A stretch of DNA of 64,000 nucleotides from an uncultured Anaerolineaceae bacterium (GTDB lineage: Bacteria > Chloroflexota > Anaerolineae > Anaerolineales > E44-bin32), in the NCBI GenBank assembly GCA_964575425.1, contig CAZNRD010000001.1, forward strand, positions 83,931 to 147,930. The letters run 5' to 3'. This document shows positions 1-8,010 of this stretch, one piece after another. Below the pieces are notes generated by a model. It had not been told where the DNA came from, did not search any database, and saw only the letters and a list, made by a program, of their open reading frames with translations. Positions within the stretch are counted from its first letter, which is position 1. Every line of letters starts with the position of its first letter. Made by a program: the position numbers and the translations under genes.

Positions 1-500
1 AAATCGCCGAGGCCGATCTCCTCCTTCACGTTGTCGACATCACGCACCCCAACGCTGCCGCCCAGGCCCAGGCCGTGCGCCAGACCCTGGAGGACATCGG
101 CGCGCAGGATATTCCCATGATCACGGCCCTCAACAAGATCGACCGCATGCCCGACCGCAATGTCCTGGTCGACCTTATCGACGAGTTCGACCGGGCTGTG
201 CCGGTCTCGGCGCTTTCGGGCGAAGGAATCCCGGCCCTGCTGTCGGTCATCGATCACGACCTGCAAAGCCAGATGGTCCCCTGCAAGGTCCGGCTGCCGT
301 ATCACGCTGGCCGCCTGATCAGTCTCTTCCACGACCAGGGCCAGGTTCGCAAGGTGGAGCACAGCCCGACGACGGTGGCCATCGAAGGACAGATCCCTCT
401 CCGGCTCCTCGGCCAATTCGCCGAGTACATCCCGGCGCAGACTGGCGGCACAGACAGCGCCGAGGGGCAAGGGTGTCCAAAGGAAGCGACCGGCAGCTAA
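1..500 (+). CDS. hflX: GTPase HflX, C-terminal part (5' end outside window)
   Basis: The frame is open from the window edge. Translation IAEADLLLHVVDITHP...IPMITALNKIDR carries the NKxD G4 motif and an HflX-type C-terminal domain. Stop TAA at 498-500. The ORF track shows only the part from an internal GTG at 75. Confidence 0.75.
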   Translation, partial: IAEADLLLHVVDITHPNAAAQAQAVRQTLEDIGAQDIPMITALNKIDRMPDRNVLVDLIDEFDRAVPVSALSGEGIPALLSVIDHDLQSQMVPCKVRLPYHAGRLISLFHDQGQVRKVEHSPTTVAIEGQIPLRLLGQFAEYIPAQTGGTDSAEGQGCPKEATGS

Positions 501-539
501 GCTCAGCGTCAGACACGACATCAAGGCGCCACACTTTCG

Positions 540-3506
540 ATGCTTTCATCCCGATTTGCGCCCGAGGAACTCGCCGACCTGCAGCAGGAGTTTTCCCGTG
601 CCATCGGGGGCGAGGTCCGTTTCGACCGCTACAACCGCGTGCTCTACAGCACCGATGCATCGATCTACCAGATCGAGCCGCTGGGTGTGGTGCTTCCTCG
701 CCACGCGGACGACCTGCCGGCCATCGTTGAGATTGCTGCCCGCCGCCGCATCCCCGTCCTGCCACGCGGCGCTGGCACCAGCCTGTGCGGGCAGGCTATT
801 GGCCCGGCTCTCATCCTTGACTGCAGCCGACACCTGAACCGGATCCTGTCAATCGATCTCGAATGGCGCCGTGCCGTCGTCGAGCCGGGCGTCGTGGGCG
901 CATCTCTGCAGGCCGCGGCTGGACCTCACGGGCTCATGTTCGGCCCAGACCCGGCGTCCGCCGACCGCGCCACGATCGGCGGGATGATCGGCAACAACGC
1001 CACGGGCGCCCATTCCATCCGCTACGGAATGACGGCCGACCACCTCCTCGAAGCCGACATGGTGCTGGATGACGGCTCCTGCGCTTCCTTCACGCATGTC
1101 AGCGAAGAGGATCTCACTCGCCTCGCCGCTTCGGGAACCCGCTTTGCGGCCATCCTGCGGGACCTGCTGACCATTCGCAGCCAGCATGCCGAAGCCGTGC
1201 GTCGGCGGTGGCCCCGGACCTGGCGCCGCGCTTCGGGGTACTCTCTCGACTATCTCGTCGGACACCACCCGGCGCGCCCCGAAGCCTGGTATGCCGATCC
1301 GCTGCCCTATCCCTTCCGAGACGGCATCCCCTTGCCGTCCCTGCTGTGCGGGGCGGAGGGCACGCTGGCCATCCTGCGGCGCGCCACGCTGAACCTGGTT
1401 CCCAAACCAGCGGCGACCGTCTTGCGGGTCCTGGCCTTCGACAGTCTGTGCGATGCGTGCGCCACCACGCCGGAGGTCCTGGCCACGCACCCGGCGGCTG
1501 TCGAAGTGGTGCCCCGTTCGTTGATTCAGCGGGCCCGCGCCATCCCACACTACGCACGCAAGGCCCGCTTCCTCTCCTCCAACAGCGAAGCGTTCCTGGT
1601 CGTCGAGTACACGGGAAGCTCAGCCGACGAAGCCTCGGCCGCGGCCTGTCGCCTGAGGATGCCAGCGCTGGCTCTGGATTCGCCTGAGCATCAGGCCGAG
1701 CTGTGGCAGGTCCGCAAAGCGGGTGTGGGGTTGCTCCTCTCCGTTGCCGGCGACGTGAAGCCGATCTCGTTCATCGAGGATGTGGCGGTGCCGGTCGATC
1801 GCCTGGCCGAGTATGTGCGCCGCGTTGATGTCCTCCTGGCGGAGCAGGGGACCCGCGGCGAGTGGTACGGCCATGCCTCTGCCGGCTGCCTGCACATGCG
1901 GCCGATGATCAATTTGAAGACCGTGCAGGGCATCGGTCAGATGCGAGCCATCGCCGAGGGCGTCCTGGCCGTCGTCTTGGAGATGGGAGGGGTCCTGTCC
2001 GGAGAGCACGGCGACGGGTTAGCCCACACCGAATTCAGTCATCGCCTGTTCGGCCCGGAAATCACCTCCGCCTTCCAGCAGCTGAAGCGGGCCTTCGACC
2101 CAAACTATCTGTTCAACCCGGGCAGGATCGTACCCCGCGAAGGACAGGAACTGCCGCGCCTGGACGCGAACCTCCGCTACGGGCCCGACTACCGGGCCAT
2201 TCCGCTCACCAGTGTCTACGCGTTCCGCCGGCAGGGAGGGCTCGCCCGGGCAATCGAAGACTGCAATGGGGCTGGTGCCTGCCTGCAGTCCGGCGGCGTC
2301 ATGTGCCCCTCGTACCAGGCGACGCGCGAGGAGATGGACAGCACACGAGGCAGGGCGAACGCGCTGCGAGCGGCGATTTCCGGCCGGCTTCCAGTGGGCG
2401 CCCTCACCAGCCAGCAGATGTACCGGGTGCTGGACCTGTGCTTGCAGTGCAAGGGCTGTCAGGCGGAGTGTCCTTCGGGCGTCGACATGGCGCGCGTCAA
2501 GGGGGAATTCCTCGAGCTGTACCACTCCGAGCACGGAGTCCCCCTTCGCACGCGTTTGTTCGCCGAGATCGCTGTGCTCTCGCGCTGGCTCCGCCCCGCC
2601 GCCCCTCTTCTCAATGCCACACAGAGGACGGCAGCGATGCGCTGGCTCCTGGAAGTCGCGCTGGGCATTTCCCGCCACCGCCGCCTCCCGCGACTTGCGA
2701 CCCGCACCTTCCGACACTGGTTTGCCAGCCGACCGCGCCAACAGGCCAGGGAGTCAGTCGTGCTGTTCGTCGACACCTTCACCGACCACAATCACCCGGA
2801 AGTCGGGCGGGCCGCAATACAGGTGCTTGAGGCGCTCGGCTGTCAGGTGATCGTCGCCGACGGCCAGGCCTGCTGTGGGCGGGCCATGATTTCCAAGGGT
2901 CTCCTGCGACGGGCCAGGCAACTGGCCAGTCAGAACCTGAGGGCGCTGGAGCCCTACCTGCGCCAGGGAACGCCGATCGTCGGCCTGGAGCCCTCGTGCG
3001 TCGCAACGCTCCGAGACGAATATCTTGACTTCTTCCCCGATGATCCTCGCGCCGCCGCGCTGGCCTTGCACGCGCAGTTCATCGAGGAGTACCTGCTGTC
3101 GAGCGCGCCGGACGGCCGCAGACGGGTGGATCGCCTGCCGCTGCGATCCCCGGGGACGCCTCTTCTCGTTCACGGTCACTGCCAGGCCAAGGCGATCCTC
3201 GGGACAAGCCCGACGCTCGACTTGATGAAAGCCACAGGGGCAGATGTGGAGGAAATCGATGCCGGCTGCTGCGGCATGGCCGGGTCGTTCGGCTACGAGA
3301 AGGAGCATTTCCACCTGTCGATGAAAATCGGCGAGATGCGCTTGTTCCCGGCTGTGAGGGCCGGGGTGGGGCGGGGGGCACAGATCGTCGCCGCTGGGAC
3401 CTCCTGCCGGACGCAGATTCTCGATGGAACCGGCGTCCGCGCCCTGCACCCCATTGAGGTGCTGTCTCAGCTGCTCTCACCCGAGCCAACCGGAGGGTCC
3501 GTATGA
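540..3506 (+). CDS. FAD-linked oxidase fused to a 4Fe-4S/CCG-domain Fe-S oxidoreductase (YdiJ / GlcD-GlcF fusion type 2-hydroxyacid dehydrogenase-like)
   Basis: 988 aa. N-terminal FAD-binding PCMH-type region (PRGAGTSLCGQA). Central Cys clusters (CLQSGGVMCP; CLQCKGCQAECP). C-terminal CCG motifs (CCGRA, CCGMAGSFGYE). Confidence 0.8.
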   Translation: MLSSRFAPEELADLQQEFSRAIGGEVRFDRYNRVLYSTDASIYQIEPLGVVLPRHADDLPAIVEIAARRRIPVLPRGAGTSLCGQAIGPALILDCSRHLNRILSIDLEWRRAVVEPGVVGASLQAAAGPHGLMFGPDPASADRATIGGMIGNNATGAHSIRYGMTADHLLEADMVLDDGSCASFTHVSEEDLTRLAASGTRFAAILRDLLTIRSQHAEAVRRRWPRTWRRASGYSLDYLVGHHPARPEAWYADPLPYPFRDGIPLPSLLCGAEGTLAILRRATLNLVPKPAATVLRVLAFDSLCDACATTPEVLATHPAAVEVVPRSLIQRARAIPHYARKARFLSSNSEAFLVVEYTGSSADEASAAACRLRMPALALDSPEHQAELWQVRKAGVGLLLSVAGDVKPISFIEDVAVPVDRLAEYVRRVDVLLAEQGTRGEWYGHASAGCLHMRPMINLKTVQGIGQMRAIAEGVLAVVLEMGGVLSGEHGDGLAHTEFSHRLFGPEITSAFQQLKRAFDPNYLFNPGRIVPREGQELPRLDANLRYGPDYRAIPLTSVYAFRRQGGLARAIEDCNGAGACLQSGGVMCPSYQATREEMDSTRGRANALRAAISGRLPVGALTSQQMYRVLDLCLQCKGCQAECPSGVDMARVKGEFLELYHSEHGVPLRTRLFAEIAVLSRWLRPAAPLLNATQRTAAMRWLLEVALGISRHRRLPRLATRTFRHWFASRPRQQARESVVLFVDTFTDHNHPEVGRAAIQVLEALGCQVIVADGQACCGRAMISKGLLRRARQLASQNLRALEPYLRQGTPIVGLEPSCVATLRDEYLDFFPDDPRAAALALHAQFIEEYLLSSAPDGRRRVDRLPLRSPGTPLLVHGHCQAKAILGTSPTLDLMKATGADVEEIDAGCCGMAGSFGYEKEHFHLSMKIGEMRLFPAVRAGVGRGAQIVAAGTSCRTQILDGTGVRALHPIEVLSQLLSPEPTGGSV

Positions 3507-5383
3507 AGCTTCTGCGGATCGACGGCGCTCACTTCCGCGATGGCGGCGGGCGGACGGTGCTGCTCCGAGGGGTGAACCTGTCGGGCAGCAGCAAGGTCCC
3601 CCGGATTCCCGACGGCGCCACGCATCGGCTGGAAGGGTTCTTCGATCACCGGAAGGTATCGTTCGTCGGCAGGCCATTTCCCCTGGACGAGGCGGACGAG
3701 CACCTGTCCCGCCTGCGCGCGTGGGGCTTCAACTTCCTGCGCCTCCTCATCACGTGGGAGGCGATCGAACACGCCGGGCCTGGTCGGTATGACCACGAGT
3801 ACCTCGAATACCTGGAGACGGTGGCTCGCAAAGCGGGCGACTACGGCTTCTTCATCCTGATCGATCCCCACCAGGATGTGTGGAGCCGCTTCAGCGGCGG
3901 CGATGGCGCGCCGGGGTGGACGCTCGAGGCCGTCGGTTTTGAGCTGCGCAATCTCCACGCGACCGGCGCAGCCTTCCTCCACGCCATGCACGGCGATCCT
4001 GCGCCGCACTTGATCTGGCCAACCAATGCCACCAAGTTGGCAGCAGCCACGATGTTCACCCTGTTCTTCGCAGGAGAAGCATTTGCGCCTCGCACGCGCA
4101 TCGATGGTGAGAGCGCAGAGGCGTACCTGCAGCGGCACTACATCGCAGCCATCCAGCAGGTGGCACTCCGGCTGAAGGGGCTGGACCACGTCATCGGCTA
4201 CGATACGATGAACGAGCCCTGGCGCGGCTACATTGGTTGGGAGGACCTGACGAAGCCGCGCGCAATGCCCTTCCTCGGCGAAGTGCCCAGCCCCTTTCAG
4301 TCAATGCTTCTTGGCAGCGCAATCGCGCAGGATGTTAGGCAGTACACCATGGGGCTTTTCGGGCCGCGGATGGTCGGGAAACGCCGCGTGGACCCCGGCG
4401 GACTGCGCGCCTGGCAGCCCGGTCGAGAATGCGTGTGGCGAGAGAACGGCGTCTGGGACATCGACGACAGCGGCCGTCCCGTGCCGCTGCAACCGCACCA
4501 CTTCGCCCCGTCTTCGCGCCGCCCTCTGAACTTCGCAGACGACTTCTACAAGCCGTTCGCTCGACGGTTCGCCAGCGAGATCCGAAAAGCGGACCCCGAC
4601 GCCGTCATCTTTCTCGAGGCCGAGCCCTTCGCCAGTCCGCCGCACTGGCACGCCGCGGACGGCGCACATGTCGTGTTCGCCCCCCATTGGTACGATGGCA
4701 TCGTGATGTTCCTGAAGGACTACAGGAGTTGGGTCGCGGCACAGGGATTCAGCGGCAGGCTGCTACTTGGGCAGCGACGGATCCGCCGCGCCTTCGCCAG
4801 CCACACACGCGCGCTTCAGCGCTCAGCGCAGGAACGCATGGGGCCGACGCCGGTCGTCATCGGGGAATTCGGGATCCCCTTCGATTTCCGCCGCGGCCGC
4901 GCCTTCCGCACCGGTGACTTCAGCCTCCAGGCCCGGGCCCTCGACCGCAGCTACCGGGCCATGGAGGACGCTCTGGCGCACTGCGCCCTGTGGAACTACA
5001 CGCCCGACAACGACAACGTGCACGGCGACCAATGGAACGGCGAGGATTTCTCGATCTTCAGCCGGGACCAGCAAGAGGACCCGGCGTGTGTCGACTCCGG
5101 GGGCAGGGCCCTCGAGGCTGTTGTGCGGCCGTACCCGCGCGCCGTGGCAGGCGAGGTGCTCGACATGTCGTACGACTTCACGAAGAAGAGATTCCGCCTG
5201 GTCTTCCGGCACGACCCGCGCGCGACGGCACCCACGGAGATCTTCCTTCCGTCCATGCACTACGGCGAGGGCTGTCAGGTGTCTATCTCCGACGGGAGCT
5301 TCGAGCGCCGCGCCTCGGATCAGGTGCTGATCTACCGCCACAATCTCACTCAGGCCGTCCACGAAGTGCTGATTTGGCCGTGA
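3503..5383 (+). CDS. Glycoside hydrolase family 5-like (clan GH-A) protein
   Basis: 626 aa with LLRGVNLSGSSKVP, FNFLRLLITWEAIE and YDTMNEPW (NEP acid/base motif). ATGA start/stop overlap with the upstream gene at 3503-3506. Confidence 0.7.
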   Translation: MKLLRIDGAHFRDGGGRTVLLRGVNLSGSSKVPRIPDGATHRLEGFFDHRKVSFVGRPFPLDEADEHLSRLRAWGFNFLRLLITWEAIEHAGPGRYDHEYLEYLETVARKAGDYGFFILIDPHQDVWSRFSGGDGAPGWTLEAVGFELRNLHATGAAFLHAMHGDPAPHLIWPTNATKLAAATMFTLFFAGEAFAPRTRIDGESAEAYLQRHYIAAIQQVALRLKGLDHVIGYDTMNEPWRGYIGWEDLTKPRAMPFLGEVPSPFQSMLLGSAIAQDVRQYTMGLFGPRMVGKRRVDPGGLRAWQPGRECVWRENGVWDIDDSGRPVPLQPHHFAPSSRRPLNFADDFYKPFARRFASEIRKADPDAVIFLEAEPFASPPHWHAADGAHVVFAPHWYDGIVMFLKDYRSWVAAQGFSGRLLLGQRRIRRAFASHTRALQRSAQERMGPTPVVIGEFGIPFDFRRGRAFRTGDFSLQARALDRSYRAMEDALAHCALWNYTPDNDNVHGDQWNGEDFSIFSRDQQEDPACVDSGGRALEAVVRPYPRAVAGEVLDMSYDFTKKRFRLVFRHDPRATAPTEIFLPSMHYGEGCQVSISDGSFERRASDQVLIYRHNLTQAVHEVLIWP

Positions 5384-5523
5384 CGTCGTCCTGCCGCAAG
5401 CATGCAGCGCATGCACCTCCTGTCGTGGACCCCTGCGAGGGGTTCGCCACGAGGTTCGACCTCGTTGGCGATTGTGTGTCGGCAGGCATGTCGTTGAGCA
5501 CAGGTGCAACCACCCGTTAGCGG

Positions 5524-6567
5524 CTACCGTTTCCGGTCGTTGCCATCAAAGATCTCGTGGTAGCCCCGGTCCAGCTCGTCGTCGGAGAGGTGCGCATAGC
5601 CTTGGGTAACCGAGATGCTCCGATGACGCGCCAGCTCCTGGGCCAGTTTGAGATTGCCGCCCGAGGCGCGCAGGACGATCGTCACAAAGTAGTGGCGGAA
5701 GGAGTGAGGGGTCACGCCCGAGGCTTCCTCGGGTCCAAGCGCCTCGGCTGCGCGCTGATGGACGATGTTGCGTCCGGTCGTGGTGGTGATGGGTTGCAGC
5801 CTTTTTGCCGTGCCGCGATCGTGCCGGGCGAACACGGGCAGCGAGCCCAACGGGCGGCCCGAAGCGCCGTCCAGGTGGGCGCGGGCTCGCAAGTAGTCGC
5901 GCAGCGCTGTCAGCGAGCGGCGGGAGAAGCGGACGACGGCCTGCCGGTTTCCCTTGCCGATGAGCACGGCCCGCCCTTCGCTCCAGTCGACATCGCCCCG
6001 CCGCAAGGCACATGCCTCATGCACGCGCAGGCCCGTGTCAGCCAGGGTCAGCAAGAAGGCGCGATCCCGCAGCCTCCGCAGCCCGTCGGCCTCGTCTTTT
6101 GGCGTTGTGCGGCCCAAATTGCCGACGAATCTCAGAATGCGCTCAATTGCCTCGCGCGGGAATTGCGGCAGGCGCTGTCCAGGCCGCCGGGCGCGGTGTC
6201 GCATGAGCAGACGCAGACGAGGGAGGTTGATCTCCGCCAGCCGCTCGGCAGCGAGGAACTCATACCACCGGACAGCCGCTGTCAGGTAGAGGCGCTCCGT
6301 CGCCGGCGCGCGGCGCTTTAGAGCCGCCGCGAACGGGACGATCCAGTCCTCGGTGGCCTTGGAGGCAGGGACGGTCTCGGGATCCAGCCCCAGCGCCTCG
6401 AGCGTCTGACCGAACGCGGCCAGACCGTTGCGGTACGCCCGCAGCGTGTTTGGGCTCCGGGCCTGGGCGACAGCCTCCAGGAACATCTTGTGCGACTGCG
6501 CCACCGAGCGCGCGCGTGACGCAGGTTGGCGTGTCGGTTGGGGGAGCGACCGCTCCGTCCGTTTCAT
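5524..6567 (-). CDS. Tyrosine recombinase / site-specific integrase (XerC/D-phage integrase family)
   Basis: 347 aa. N-terminal SAM-like core-binding region (NTLRAYRNGLAAF). Catalytic signature ADTGLRVHEA (Arg), HSFRHYF (H-x-x-R) and GYAHL (Tyr). Confidence 0.8.
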   Translation of the reverse strand: MKRTERSLPQPTRQPASRARSVAQSHKMFLEAVAQARSPNTLRAYRNGLAAFGQTLEALGLDPETVPASKATEDWIVPFAAALKRRAPATERLYLTAAVRWYEFLAAERLAEINLPRLRLLMRHRARRPGQRLPQFPREAIERILRFVGNLGRTTPKDEADGLRRLRDRAFLLTLADTGLRVHEACALRRGDVDWSEGRAVLIGKGNRQAVVRFSRRSLTALRDYLRARAHLDGASGRPLGSLPVFARHDRGTAKRLQPITTTTGRNIVHQRAAEALGPEEASGVTPHSFRHYFVTIVLRASGGNLKLAQELARHRSISVTQGYAHLSDDELDRGYHEIFDGNDRKR

Positions 6568-6632
6568 GGGAAATCAACGCTGGTTGTGTCTCCACCACGG
6601 TACAGGCTGAGGCGCCGCCGTCCGCGGCATAC

Positions 6633-6656
6633 TTCCGATAATGATACTTATCGCAA
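6633..6656. repeat. Imperfect inverted repeat TTCCGATAA-TGATAC-TTATCGCAA (9-bp arms, 8/9 matched, 6-bp spacer)
   Basis: Read directly from the sequence. It is the only AT-rich patch in the 354-bp spacer upstream of the recombinase gene and lies just downstream of the putative promoter. Confidence 0.6.
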
Positions 6657-6665
6657 GCAAGGCCT

Positions 6666-6694
6666 AGGATACCCCGAAAGCGGCTGCGCGTCAA
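6666..6694 (-). promoter_or_regulatory. Putative sigma70-type promoter of the recombinase gene (TTGACG-17 nt-TATCCT on the minus strand)
   Basis: The reverse complement of 6689-6694 is TTGACG and of 6666-6671 is TATCCT, with an exact 17-nt spacer. It lies about 95 nt upstream of the ATG at 6567. Confidence 0.35.
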
Positions 6695-6921
6695 CCCCCC
6701 TCTCCACTGCCTCCCATGACCGAAACACGCCCACGCTTCCGCGGTCCGCGCAGAGCCGCCTCGACCCACACCGGCCATGCGACTCGCGACGACACCGCCA
6801 TCCCCTGAGCCCACTCCCCCACCCAACAGGAGAACCGGTGGAGCGCGTCCTCAACCGAGCTCTCTCGACGATGGGCGGCAGCGTCCCTTTCACGCAGACA
6901 CCTGGGCGCCGTATCGCCCGG

Positions 6922-8010
6922 TCAGTCCGAACGGCGCAGGATGCGCTGGATCTGCCCCCGCTCCCAACAAAGCCGGAACGCCTCCACGATGTGGGGGTCG
7001 AACTGGTGGCCCGCCTGCCTCAGGATCTCCTCCATCGCAACCTCGGCGGGATACGCCGGATGGTACGGCCGCTCAGAAGTCATCGCATCAAAGGTGTCAA
7101 CGACTGCCAGCAGGCGCGCCTCGGTCGGGATAGCTTCCCCCTGCAGTCCCTCAGGGTACCCCGTCCCATCCCAGCGCTCGTGGTGGTAGAGGACAACAGG
7201 TATGGCCGGTGCCAGGTAGGGGATCCCTTCCAGCATGTGGCCGCCGACAACCGGATGCTGCCGCATCTCCTGCCACTCTTCCAGCGTCAGTGGCCCGCTC
7301 TTGGAAAGGACTGACTCCCGCACCGAGATCTTGCCAATGTCGTGCAGAATAGCCCCGAATTCGAGCGCCTCTCGACGCTCTTCCCCCCAACCCTGTTCCT
7401 GCGCCAGAGCCTGTGCGTAACCTCCGACACGCTCGACATGGTCGCGCGTGTAGTGATCTCGCGCCTCGATCGCGTTGGCCAGCGCACGCAGGCTCGCCTT
7501 ATAGGCTTCCCGCAGCTGCGCCAGCATCAGTTCATCCGTTCGTTGCAGCCGCGCCCGCACCGCCGCCAGGAGCTCGTGGCTGGTGATGGGCTTGGTGATG
7601 TAGTCGTCCGCACCCAGAGACTTCCCCGCAAAGATATCTTCGCGCGTTCCCCGCGCTGTCAGGAAGACAAAGGGGATGGTCGTGCCTCCCGGCTGCTTGC
7701 GCACCGCCTCGAACAGCCCGATCCCATCCAGAATCGGCATCGAGATGTCGGACAGAATCAGCGCCGGCCTTTCGCTTCCCAGCACTTCGAGAGCCGCCTT
7801 GCCATTGGGCGCGGTCGTGACGTGGTAGCCCGCTCCCTCCAGGATGTCCCGCAGTGCAATTAGCATCGCCGGATCATCCTCGACCACCAGGATCGTCTGC
7901 CCTTGACCGCTTGCGCCCATACTGCCCATCAGACCTCGCTGTTCCGCCTCTCTGTCTTCAAGAGACATTATCGCCTCGGTCCTCCCGCGTGGCAACGGCC
8001 CGTCGCTCAT
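6922..8010 (-). CDS. Response regulator with receiver + HD-GYP domain (c-di-GMP phosphodiesterase type)
   Basis: REC motifs (ILVVEDDP, LILSDISMP). HD-GYP motifs (HDIGK, HHERWDGTGYP). The start at 8010 was chosen because ATGA overlaps the kinase stop (8007-8010). The ORF is open to 8031. Confidence 0.85.
   Translation of the reverse strand: MSDGPLPRGRTEAIMSLEDREAEQRGLMGSMGASGQGQTILVVEDDPAMLIALRDILEGAGYHVTTAPNGKAALEVLGSERPALILSDISMPILDGIGLFEAVRKQPGGTTIPFVFLTARGTREDIFAGKSLGADDYITKPITSHELLAAVRARLQRTDELMLAQLREAYKASLRALANAIEARDHYTRDHVERVGGYAQALAQEQGWGEERREALEFGAILHDIGKISVRESVLSKSGPLTLEEWQEMRQHPVVGGHMLEGIPYLAPAIPVVLYHHERWDGTGYPEGLQGEAIPTEARLLAVVDTFDAMTSERPYHPAYPAEVAMEEILRQAGHQFDPHIVEAFRLCWERGQIQRILRRSD

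Noticed and set aside
5428-5465. GGTTCGACC-containing sequence in the GH5/recombinase convergent gap, considered as a tRNA fragment or att site.
   Set aside because: It folds only into two simple hairpins (ACCCCT-GCG-AGGGGT at about 5428-5444 and ACGAGG-TTCGA-CCTCGT at 5449-5465). There are no acceptor, D or anticodon arms. These are most likely terminators for the convergent genes.
6260-6826. 188-codon minus-strand ORF spanning the recombinase 5' end and its upstream spacer.
   Set aside because: It is out of frame with the recombinase and Gly/Arg-rich. It overlaps the predicted promoter and the inverted repeat, and has no motif.
5524-8010. Integrase neighbourhood considered as a prophage, genomic island or defence island.
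   Set aside because: There are no flanking direct repeats, no tRNA/tmRNA target adjacent to it, no phage, transposase or restriction genes, and no visible compositional shift. The neighbours are a GH5 enzyme and a two-component system.
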